DNA from: Oxalobacteraceae bacterium UBA4003
GTDB taxonomy: Bacteria > Pseudomonadota > Gammaproteobacteria > Burkholderiales > Burkholderiaceae_D
Assembly: GCA_002384815.1 (NCBI GenBank)
Contig: DGBN01000046.1
Location: 25,489-89,488, forward strand
DNA length: 64,000 bases
Direction of reading: 5' to 3'
The notes below the pieces were generated by a model. That model worked only from the letters and a program-made list of their open reading frames with translations, had not been told where the DNA came from and made no database searches. A program made the position numbers and the translations under genes. The first letter of the stretch is position 1. The number at the start of each line of letters is the position of its first letter. Below are positions 19,719 through 27,943 of the stretch, in pieces.

Positions 19719-19964
19719 ATTGAACGATCCATATAGAAAATTGATGTGGCAGGCGCTTCCCGTGCGGCAAAAAGCGGCGCCCCGGTTCGACCTGCAGCGC
19801 GTCATCTAGTTTCAATTAATTAGAAACACTAGGGGAGATTATCGGTGTTTTTGTTCTTTGAAGGAAATTCAATACCTGAACTGAATTTCCTGGTACGAAA
19901 GCAAGTGGACAATGTCGGCTGCACTAACATGGCAAGCAACCTGCTGCAGTGGCGCATCAAGCAC

Positions 19965-21107
19965 CTAGTAGCTCAAACCACGCGCATCGATATCCCAGAT
20001 CGCTTCCACCACATCGCCTCTGAAACAGACGAACTGGTCATACAGATTGCAGGTCGGATCGCAATGCCCCGGAATCAGCATGACGCGATTGCCCAGGTGA
20101 TCGCGCATATCGTCCGCAGCCACCTGCAGGATTCCATGCTCGTCATTGGCCGATACATAACGCAGCTTGTCCTCATACTCGCCGGCGCGCACTCGCGGCA
20201 GGCCCGAGTCGACCGCCACCCCTTTCAACCCCACATCGCATACGGCTTTATGCTGCTTGGCAGTACTCATGATGGTGGAAAGAATGAAAAGTCCGTGCTT
20301 GGGCGTATAGTCGCCAGCCCACTCATTCGAGCCGTAATGGCCATCCAGGAAAATATAGGAACCGGGCTGCATTTCCGTATAGACGCCACTGGCGACATCG
20401 AACTCGACGGTGCCGGTGCCGGCTCCGGACACGACCGGACAAGCCGCGCCGCGCGCCTCCAGAAACCGGATATATTGCGCAACCCGATCGGCCGAACGCG
20501 CTGCTTCCAGGCGCCGCTGTTCCCATGTCGCCAGATGCTGGATGCCACCGTTATAAGCTTGCAGACCACCAAACCTCAAGCCGGGATAGGCAGCCATACG
20601 ATCGACCAGCGCTGCCAATGCCTCATTACTGTCGACGCCGCAGCGACCATGGCCGACATCCACTTCCGGCATCACGATGATGGTGACGCCAACTGCGCTG
20701 GCCGCCTTGCCGATCGCATCAACCTGCGCCACATGATCGACGCAAACGCTCAATTTGATGAGACCGGCCAGTTCAACTGCCATTGCCACCTTGTCGGAAC
20801 CGACGAATTCATTGCTGATATGAATACTGTCAATGCCTGCCCGGACAAAAGGATAAGCCTCGCTCAATTTCTGGCAGCACACGCCGACAGCGCCCAGCGC
20901 AATCTGCTGTCTGGAAATCATGGTGGATTTATGCGCTTTCGCATGCGGCCTGAGAGCCACGCCGTGGCGCCTGGCCAAACTGGCCATGAATTGGAGATTG
21001 GATTCAAAAGCATCCAGATCCAGCATAAGTGCCGGAGTGGCAACTTCTGACAGCGTAGCCCCTGCCCGCGCAATGGCAGGTGTTTTCAAGCTTGAAAAAT
21101 CTTTCAT
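19965..21107 (-). CDS. Fold-type III PLP enzyme, DSD1/D-threonine aldolase/3-hydroxy-D-aspartate aldolase family
   Basis: TPALMLDL, PLP-lysine motif RPHAKAHKS, SGAGTGT, EMQPGSYIF, metal-binding PGHCDPT. Start ATG 21107 or 21119. Confidence 0.88.
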   Translation of the reverse strand: MKDFSSLKTPAIARAGATLSEVATPALMLDLDAFESNLQFMASLARRHGVALRPHAKAHKSTMISRQQIALGAVGVCCQKLSEAYPFVRAGIDSIHISNEFVGSDKVAMAVELAGLIKLSVCVDHVAQVDAIGKAASAVGVTIIVMPEVDVGHGRCGVDSNEALAALVDRMAAYPGLRFGGLQAYNGGIQHLATWEQRRLEAARSADRVAQYIRFLEARGAACPVVSGAGTGTVEFDVASGVYTEMQPGSYIFLDGHYGSNEWAGDYTPKHGLFILSTIMSTAKQHKAVCDVGLKGVAVDSGLPRVRAGEYEDKLRYVSANDEHGILQVAADDMRDHLGNRVMLIPGHCDPTCNLYDQFVCFRGDVVEAIWDIDARGLSY

Positions 21108-21234
21108 TAGCAACCCCATTCGAATTCAATTATTTTGTCATTCTGACATGTCAGCGTTAAATAACTATTTCTCTGCAGCGCCACCCAACACTAATACGGC
21201 TTAAATTTTGACCACAAACTATCCGCAAGGATAA

Positions 21235-21271
21235 TTGACATTTTCCTCAAAGTGTATATTGTATTCAATAT
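21235..21271 (+). promoter_or_regulatory. Sigma70-like promoter (TTGACA-N16-TATTGT) overlapped by palindromic operator ATATTG-TATT-CAATAT upstream of tctC
   Basis: Seen directly. The 13-mer TTGTATTCAATAT (21259-21271) recurs exactly at 25790-25802. Confidence 0.7.
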
Positions 21272-21446
21272 TCTAAATCTAATATTTGGAATGAAGGCAG
21301 TTTATTGTTTTTGGAAAAACAAGAAAAAGCAAAAACTGCATTTAAATCGATGGTTTCTACGAGCCACACCGAATGCGCATATGCCTGGAACGCAATTCAT
21401 TTGGTCCCTGTTCAAAAAATCATCGCCACCTTCAGGAGACAGCGAC

Positions 21447-22439
21447 ATGCAAAAACAATCAATGAAGACCGGTCTTTTTCTTGCCACCATGTGCTGCGCT
21501 TTGAGCGCATCGGCCTGGGAGCCAACCAAACCAGTTGAGCTGGTCGTGCCTTTCAGTGCTGGCGGTGCATCCGATCAAATGGCACGGTCTATTCAAGGCA
21601 TCATTACCAAACACGGCCTGATGAAGCAGCCCATCATCGTGCAAAACAAGGCTGGCGCAAGCGGTGCGGAAGGTTTGCTAGATCTGAAGGCAGCCAAAGG
21701 AAACGCGAACAAGATCATTGTCGCGTCGTCATCCATTTACACCACGCCGATGGCGACAAATTTGCCTTTCAACTGGAAAGATCTGACCCCGATCGCCGTG
21801 ATTGCGCAAGACGCATTCATTCTCTGGACCAATACCCAGGGTGGTTACAAAACCCCGGCAGCCTATCTTGCAGAAGTAAAGAAAGTGCCTGAATCCCACA
21901 AAATGGGCGGCACCAGCTCGAAGCGCGAAGATCACCTGATCACCACCATGATCGAAAAGAAAACCGGAACAAAATTCCTCTACATCCCCTATAAAGGCGG
22001 CGGCGAAGCTGCAACCCAGTTGTCTGGAAATCACATCAATGCAAACGTGAACAATCCATCCGAATCAATTTCGCAATGGCGCGCCGGCCAACATGAGGCC
22101 TTGTGTCTGTTCTCCGAAAAACGTATTTCTTACACGGCAAAAGTCACGGCGACTCAAGCATGGTCCGACATCCCGACCTGCAAAGAAAAAGGTCTGGATG
22201 TGAACTACGAAATGATTCGCGTCTTCATGATGCCGGGCGGTGTCAAACCGGAACAGACTCAGTTCTATGTCGACTTGCTCAAAAAAGTAACCGAGACACC
22301 GGAATGGAAAGCCTATCTGGAAAAAAATGCGCTGAAGGAGGAATTCCTCTCTGGTGACCCATTGAAAACATTCCTCGCTAAAGATGAAGTAATGCACCGT
22401 GAAATCATGAGCGATGCCGGCTTCCTGATCTCGAAATAA
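21447..22439 (+). CDS. tctC: Tripartite tricarboxylate transporter substrate-binding protein (TctC/Bug)
   Basis: Signal peptide, PTKPVELVVPFSAGGASD, NKAGASG, IPYKGGGEA. Confidence 0.9.
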   Translation: MQKQSMKTGLFLATMCCALSASAWEPTKPVELVVPFSAGGASDQMARSIQGIITKHGLMKQPIIVQNKAGASGAEGLLDLKAAKGNANKIIVASSSIYTTPMATNLPFNWKDLTPIAVIAQDAFILWTNTQGGYKTPAAYLAEVKKVPESHKMGGTSSKREDHLITTMIEKKTGTKFLYIPYKGGGEAATQLSGNHINANVNNPSESISQWRAGQHEALCLFSEKRISYTAKVTATQAWSDIPTCKEKGLDVNYEMIRVFMMPGGVKPEQTQFYVDLLKKVTETPEWKAYLEKNALKEEFLSGDPLKTFLAKDEVMHREIMSDAGFLISK

Positions 22440-22517
22440 TTCACACTCACCATCCTGCTTCAATCCTCGTGATCCATTGCCGGCACGAGGATTGATTCGC
22501 CACACGGGCCCGCGAAT

Positions 22518-23036
22518 ATGAATCCTTCCGAAATAGAAATTGAAGAGAGGACTCCCTCTCGCACAGTCATTACCATCCGAACCGCAGAACTTCTCACAGC
22601 CGCCACACTCGCAGTGATCTCCTTGATCACGATGTGGAGTAATTACGAGATTGGCGCCGGCTGGGGCAGCTATGGCCCTGAAGCCGGTTATTTCCCCATG
22701 CGTCTGGGCATCATTATTTTGCTGGCCAGCTTCTTCGTGGCATTCCAGGCAATTCGCACCAATAACCAATCTGCCTTTATTGAACTGGAACAGGCACGTC
22801 TTGTTTCCATTATCTTGCTGCCGCTTCTGCTTTATGTATTCGTTCTCGGTTATCTCGGCATTTATGTGTCATCTGCAATTTTCATTGCAACATTTATGTT
22901 CGTCCTCGGCAAATTTGTATGGTGGAAGTCAATTGGACTGGCCTGCCTCGTCATGTTTGTATTTTTCTATATTTTTGAAATTCAATTCATGGTGCCCCTG
23001 CCAAAAGGGCCGGTTGAGAATTTCTTTGGCTTCTGA
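22518..23036 (+). CDS. tctB: Tripartite tricarboxylate transporter small membrane subunit
   Basis: About 4 TM segments, GPEAGYFP, C-terminal VPLPKGP; lies between tctC and tctA. Confidence 0.88.
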   Translation: MNPSEIEIEERTPSRTVITIRTAELLTAATLAVISLITMWSNYEIGAGWGSYGPEAGYFPMRLGIIILLASFFVAFQAIRTNNQSAFIELEQARLVSIILLPLLLYVFVLGYLGIYVSSAIFIATFMFVLGKFVWWKSIGLACLVMFVFFYIFEIQFMVPLPKGPVENFFGF

Positions 23037-23045
23037 GGATAAAGC

Positions 23046-24557
23046 ATGGATGAAATTAGCTCACTAATGGTCGGCTTCGGCCATGTACTTAGCTGGCAAA
23101 ATACCGGCCTCATGTTCCTCGGCATTCTGCTCGGCATCGTCGTCGGTGTATTACCTGGCCTGGGAGGTCCTAACGGTGTAGCGATTCTGCTGCCGCTGAC
23201 CTTCTCGATGAATCCAACCTCAGCCATTATTTTGCTCTCTTGCATTTACTGGGGAGCGTTGTTCGGCGGTGCAATTACTTCGATTTTGTTCAATATCCCG
23301 GGCGAAGCATGGTCGGTTGCCACCACATTCGACGGCTACCCGCTTGCACAGCAAGGCAAAGCTGCCGAAGCATTGACCAGCGCCTTTACCGGCTCCTGTA
23401 TCGGCGCCCTGTTCGGCGTGATCGTCATCACCTTCCTCGCCCCGATTGTCGCAAAATTTGCATTGCGCTTTGGCCCACCGGAATTCTTTGCGGTCTACTT
23501 TCTAACCTTCTGCAGTTTCATTGGCATGGGCAAGGAGCCAAAGGCAAAGATCATCATCTCGATGTGCGTAGGCTTCATACTGGCTGCGGTTGGCATGGAT
23601 ACGGTTTCCGGACAGTTGCGCATGACCTATGACTTCCCTGAACTGTTACGCGGCTTCGACTTCCTAGTCGCGGTAATCGGCCTGTTCGGTATCAGCGAAA
23701 TCCTGATGACAATGGAAGAAGGCCTGGCATTCAAAGGCAAGAACGCGAAGATCGATCTGAAAGTCGTATTGAAAACATGGGCAACTTTCCCGCGTTATTT
23801 CATGACTCTGCTTCGCTCTTCCGTCATCGGCTGCTGGCTGGGCGTCACCCCGGGTGGTGCCGTTGCGGCATCCTTCATGGGTTATGGCGTCGCAAAAAGA
23901 ATGTCGCGTGAATCGGAGAAGTTCGGCAAGGGCAGCATCGAAGGTGTACTGGCACCTGAAACTGCTGCACATGCTGCAGGTACCAGCGCCTTGCTGCCTA
24001 TGCTGGCACTCGGCATTCCAGGCTCGGCCACTGCTGCGGTCTTGCTGGGTGGCCTGATGATCTGGGGCCTGCAACCTGGTCCCATGCTGTTCGTTGAACA
24101 GAAAGACTTTGTGTGGGGCCTGATCGCCAGTATGTACCTCGGCAATATCGTCGGTCTGATCGTGGTACTGAGTACCGTACCGCTGTTTGCCGCCATCCTG
24201 CGCATCCCATTTTCGATCATCGCCCCCGCCATCATGGTCGTCTGTGCCATCGGTGCCTATACCGTCGCCGGTGCCGAATTCGATATCTGGCTAATGGTAG
24301 GGTTTGGCTTGGTTGGTTACGTCTTCAAAAAACTGGACTATCCGCTGGCGCCCATGGTTCTGGCACTGGTTCTGGGTGATCGGGCCGAAGATGCATTCCG
24401 TCAAACCATGGTCGGCTCCAAAGGTGACATGAGCGTTTTCTTCGGCAGCGGTCTAGTGGGCACCGTGATGGCGCTGGCGCTCATCGCACTATTGTGGCCG
24501 ATAATCAGCAGCATCATTGCCTCGCTGCGCAACAATAAAACTGTACAGGCAGCCTAA
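23046..24557 (+). CDS. tctA: Tripartite tricarboxylate transporter large membrane subunit
   Basis: GVLPGLG, NIPGE...FDGYP, APETAAHAA, LGIPGS motifs; 503 aa. Confidence 0.94.
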   Translation: MDEISSLMVGFGHVLSWQNTGLMFLGILLGIVVGVLPGLGGPNGVAILLPLTFSMNPTSAIILLSCIYWGALFGGAITSILFNIPGEAWSVATTFDGYPLAQQGKAAEALTSAFTGSCIGALFGVIVITFLAPIVAKFALRFGPPEFFAVYFLTFCSFIGMGKEPKAKIIISMCVGFILAAVGMDTVSGQLRMTYDFPELLRGFDFLVAVIGLFGISEILMTMEEGLAFKGKNAKIDLKVVLKTWATFPRYFMTLLRSSVIGCWLGVTPGGAVAASFMGYGVAKRMSRESEKFGKGSIEGVLAPETAAHAAGTSALLPMLALGIPGSATAAVLLGGLMIWGLQPGPMLFVEQKDFVWGLIASMYLGNIVGLIVVLSTVPLFAAILRIPFSIIAPAIMVVCAIGAYTVAGAEFDIWLMVGFGLVGYVFKKLDYPLAPMVLALVLGDRAEDAFRQTMVGSKGDMSVFFGSGLVGTVMALALIALLWPIISSIIASLRNNKTVQAA

Positions 24558-24596
24558 GAAAAACAGTGTCAATGCGGGCGATCCCCTCATTGATGA

Positions 24597-24637
24597 CAGT
24601 AAAAAAGCCTGGAGATATTCTCCAGGCTTTTTTACTG
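24597..24637. terminator. Intrinsic terminator downstream of tctA
   Basis: Perfect 19-bp arms CAGTAAAAAAGCCTGGAGA-TAT-TCTCCAGGCTTTTTTACTG. Confidence 0.85.
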
Positions 24638-24765
24638 AACAGTTCTGTTTTTGTATCTTGATTGCAGCTTGCGATGGTCGCTGTTATGCCAGCATGCAAC
24701 ACCGCCTTATCTCACAGAGATGCAGCGGAGACAATCCCTCGACAATTATCATCACCCGCAACAAT

Positions 24766-24799
24766 AAAAAAGCCCGGGCTTGCGCTCCAGGCTTTTTTT
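24766..24799 (-). terminator. Second, degenerate copy of the same terminator downstream of the GntR gene
   Basis: AAAAAAGCCCGGGCTTGCGCTCCAGGCTTTTTTT; shares its right arm with the 24597 terminator. Confidence 0.65.
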
Positions 24800-24825
24800 G
24801 ATCACGATCTTTTGCTTATTTTTAC

Positions 24826-25572
24826 CTACTTGATTGCCACCGCTTTGCCATTAATCTTCTTGGCTCTGCCATCGATATCGTGCAAATCGGCCATCACAGA
24901 ATCCCGCTTGTCCAGCAAATGCTGACGCAAGATAGCGGCAAGTCTTTTACCGTCCCGCATTTCCAGCGCCTGAATCATTTCCTCATGCTCCTGAATCGCG
25001 CGATCCCATTTCGACTCCTGGAAATTCGACTTGAAACGCAAGGCCAGCAGGCGCCGATTCATTGACAAATAAACCTGCCGCAATACCGTATTGCGTGCCG
25101 CTTCATTGATTTTGTTGTGAATCGTTTGATTGCGACTGTAATAACCAGGCAGATCATTTTTTGCACGGCACAGGATCATGGCCGCATGCAATTCCTTGAT
25201 CTCCGCAATCTCGACTGGCGAGATACGTTCTGCGGCCAACTCGCCTGACAAGGCTTCCAGCCCGCTCATCATTTCAAAGGTTTCAAGAATTTCGGTGTCG
25301 CTCATTTTATAAACGAACGCGCCCCGATTGGGAATGATTTCAATCAAGCCTTCGGATGCCAACACCTTCATCGCCTCGCGCAAAGGTGTACGCGAGATAC
25401 CCAGACGTTCACAGACTTCACGCTCGTTGAGTTTGGTGCCCGGTTGCAGCACACCTTCAACAATAAAATTCTGCAAATGGCCGATTACCGCATCATGCAA
25501 ACGCTGCCGCTCTACACGGGGCAGGTCAGGACCAGCCTGGTAACTTTCATCAGTATTCATTGTATTTTGCAT
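24826..25572 (-). CDS. GntR-family transcriptional regulator (FadR/FCD subfamily)
   Basis: wHTH LQPGTKLNEREVCERLGISRTPLREAM and FCD domain NQTIHNKI...EHEEMIQAL. Confidence 0.93.
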   Translation of the reverse strand: MQNTMNTDESYQAGPDLPRVERQRLHDAVIGHLQNFIVEGVLQPGTKLNEREVCERLGISRTPLREAMKVLASEGLIEIIPNRGAFVYKMSDTEILETFEMMSGLEALSGELAAERISPVEIAEIKELHAAMILCRAKNDLPGYYSRNQTIHNKINEAARNTVLRQVYLSMNRRLLALRFKSNFQESKWDRAIQEHEEMIQALEMRDGKRLAAILRQHLLDKRDSVMADLHDIDGRAKKINGKAVAIK

Positions 25573-25757
25573 ACTAAGATTGATTTGAGATATCTCATTT
25601 TAAACAATTGCGCTCATCTCATGTAGAACATCTTGCAAAACACGTTGCGAATATATAAACAATTGAAACCAACTTCAAGTCAGACAGTTTCAAGGAAATT
25701 TTCATCTCTCCTAACTGCAGCATCATCAACTACCAGCAGCAGATATAGGCAAAACAC

Positions 25758-25802
25758 TTTACCAAACGAAAATCCTTTGATATAGTATTTTGTATTCAAT
25801 AT
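25758..25802 (+). promoter_or_regulatory. Sigma70-like promoter (TTTACC-N17-TATAGT) followed by operator TTGTATTCAATAT upstream of the aminotransferase operon
   Basis: Seen directly; exact 13-bp match to 21259-21271; AGGAG RBS downstream. Confidence 0.7.
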
Positions 25803-25831
25803 CCAATTGTTGGATTTCAGGAGATTTTTAA

Positions 25832-27049
25832 ATGTTGAAACTAGATTTTCACCCTGCAGGCCGCCATTTTTTGAACATCCCGGGTCCTAGCCCGGTACCG
25901 GATCGCCTGCTCCGCGCAATGAGCTATCCAACTATCGATCACCGCGGACCCGAATTCGGCGCAATGGGATTGAAAATCCTGTCCGGCATTCAGAAAATTT
26001 TCAAAACCACGCAGCCCGTCGTCATTTACCCAGCTTCCGGCACCGGCGCATGGGAAGCAGCGCTGGCTAATACCTTGAGTCCTGGCGATCACGTTTTGAT
26101 GTTCGAAACCGGTCACTTTGCAACCTTGTGGAAAAAAATGGCGGAATCGCTGGGAATCAAACCGGAATTTATCGGCTTGCCTGGCTACGAAGGCTGGCGC
26201 AACGGCGTACGTGCAGACATGATCGAAGCGCGTCTGCGCGCTGACAGCAAGCACGAAATCAAGGCTGTATGCGTCGTCCATAACGAAACTTCGACCGGCG
26301 TTACCTCCAACATCGCAGCTGTACGCAAAGCGATCGACGACGCAGGTCACCCTGCACTGCTGCTGGTAGATACCATCTCCGGTCTGGCATCGGCTGACTA
26401 CCGCCACGACGAATGGGGTGTGGACGTTACCGTTTCCGGTTCGCAAAAAGGTTTGATGCTACCGCCAGGCATCAGCTTCAACGCCGTATCGAAGAAAGCA
26501 CTTGAGGCCAGCAAAACAGCCAAATTGCCACGCGCATTCTGGGGCTGGAATGAAATCATCGAGATGAACAGGAGTGGCTACTGGCCATATACGCCGAACA
26601 CCAACCTGCTGTATGCGCTGCACGAATCGCTGGACATGATCCTGTCCGAGGGACTGGAAAACGTTTTCGAGCGTCACCAGCGTCTGGCCGCTGCATGTCG
26701 CGCAGCAGTAAGTGCCTGGGGCCTGGAAATTCAATGTGCAGATCCAGCGGTCTATTCGCCGGTTCTGACCGGCGTAATCATGCCGGACGGAGTAGATGCC
26801 GATGTCGTGCGTCGCTTGATTTACGAACGTTTCAACATGTCGCTGGGCTCCGGCCTGGGCAAGGCAAAAGGCAAGATGTTCCGTATCGGCCACTTGGGCG
26901 AAGCATCCGATTTATCCTTGATGGCATCACTGACCGGCGTTGAAATGGGTTTGAAGCTGGCCGGTGTCAAATTGGCAGGCAGCGGTGTGCTTGCGGCGAT
27001 GGAATATTTGGAAACGCACGCAGTGCCAGCATTGAAAATTCCAGCTTAA
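25832..27049 (+). CDS. Class-V PLP aminotransferase (serine/alanine/aspartate:glyoxylate aminotransferase family)
   Basis: GRHFLNIPGPSPVP, ASGTGAWEA, HNETSTG, PLP-lysine SGSQKGLM, FRIGHLG. Confidence 0.92.
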   Translation: MLKLDFHPAGRHFLNIPGPSPVPDRLLRAMSYPTIDHRGPEFGAMGLKILSGIQKIFKTTQPVVIYPASGTGAWEAALANTLSPGDHVLMFETGHFATLWKKMAESLGIKPEFIGLPGYEGWRNGVRADMIEARLRADSKHEIKAVCVVHNETSTGVTSNIAAVRKAIDDAGHPALLLVDTISGLASADYRHDEWGVDVTVSGSQKGLMLPPGISFNAVSKKALEASKTAKLPRAFWGWNEIIEMNRSGYWPYTPNTNLLYALHESLDMILSEGLENVFERHQRLAAACRAAVSAWGLEIQCADPAVYSPVLTGVIMPDGVDADVVRRLIYERFNMSLGSGLGKAKGKMFRIGHLGEASDLSLMASLTGVEMGLKLAGVKLAGSGVLAAMEYLETHAVPALKIPA

Positions 27050-27112
27050 TCGTCAGTAGTACAAGAACCATTAACAGAAACACGCACCGAAAGAAGACAG
27101 GAAGGAAGATAG

Positions 27113-27874
27113 ATGCATATAAATCCACCTGATACCGAACTCGGTGCCTTACTGGTACAGGCCTCCCTTACCGGAAGGCCTGTACCAGTTTCCAGTACGC
27201 TGGAACCGGAACATGCTGATATGGCCTATGCGATTCAGCTCGAAATACTGGTCAAACGCCGGCAAAAAATCACAGGCTGGAAAGTCGGCGCCAAAACGCC
27301 GGATAGTACGCCGCACTGCGCTGCCTTGCCGCAAGATTGTTTACTTCCACAAAATATATCGATTAACTCGAACAGGTATCCGGTTCTCGGTCTGGAACTG
27401 GAAATTGCCTTTACTTTTTCACGCGACTTTCTGCCACGCCCCATTGCCTACAGCGAAGAAGAAGTGCTGAGCAGCTTGCATCAAATGTGCACCACCGTTG
27501 AAATCGTTTCCAGCCGCATCGCATCCTGGCCGGATACCGGCGGCCTGACGCAACTGGCCGATTTTCAAAATCATGGCGCCCTGATCGTTGGCGAACTGGT
27601 CGACTACGATCAGGCCTTTCCCTATATGGAAGTCGCCGTCGAACTGCAACTTGACCAGCATCCGCTGTTCAGTGGCAGCGGGAAAAACAATGCCGGAGAT
27701 CCGCGCCGTCTGTTGCCGTGGCTGGTTAATCACTGCCGCCGCTTTGACGTCCCGCTGATTGCAGGCGATCTGGTGACTTGCGGCTCTTATGTGGGCGTCC
27801 ACTTCCCCAACGCGACCGGCGCGGTGAACGGCCGCATAGGCACATTACCGCCTATCAGTTTCGACTTGGCCTGA
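27113..27874 (+). CDS. Fumarylacetoacetate-hydrolase superfamily hydratase/decarboxylase (MhpD-like)
   Basis: AYAIQ...GWKVG, ELEIAF, VEIVSSRI, ADFQNHG, AGDLVTCGS. Confidence 0.82.
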   Translation: MHINPPDTELGALLVQASLTGRPVPVSSTLEPEHADMAYAIQLEILVKRRQKITGWKVGAKTPDSTPHCAALPQDCLLPQNISINSNRYPVLGLELEIAFTFSRDFLPRPIAYSEEEVLSSLHQMCTTVEIVSSRIASWPDTGGLTQLADFQNHGALIVGELVDYDQAFPYMEVAVELQLDQHPLFSGSGKNNAGDPRRLLPWLVNHCRRFDVPLIAGDLVTCGSYVGVHFPNATGAVNGRIGTLPPISFDLA

Positions 27875-27943
27875 CGCCCTGCACGCTTGTCCAGGTTCGT
27901 CACTATCGAATTGCTGTCCGCCCCAGAAAAGGATTTACCTCAC

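Noticed and set aside
19862-19891. Inverted repeat AGGAAATTCA-N10-TGAATTTCCT at the left edge of the catabolic island, considered as an att/dif-like site
   Set aside because: No matching copy seen at the right edge, spacer is wrong for dif, and no recombinase is nearby; more likely a terminator-like hairpin.
19845-21050. 401-aa plus-strand ORF
   Set aside because: Antisense to the fold-III PLP enzyme, which has all family motifs.
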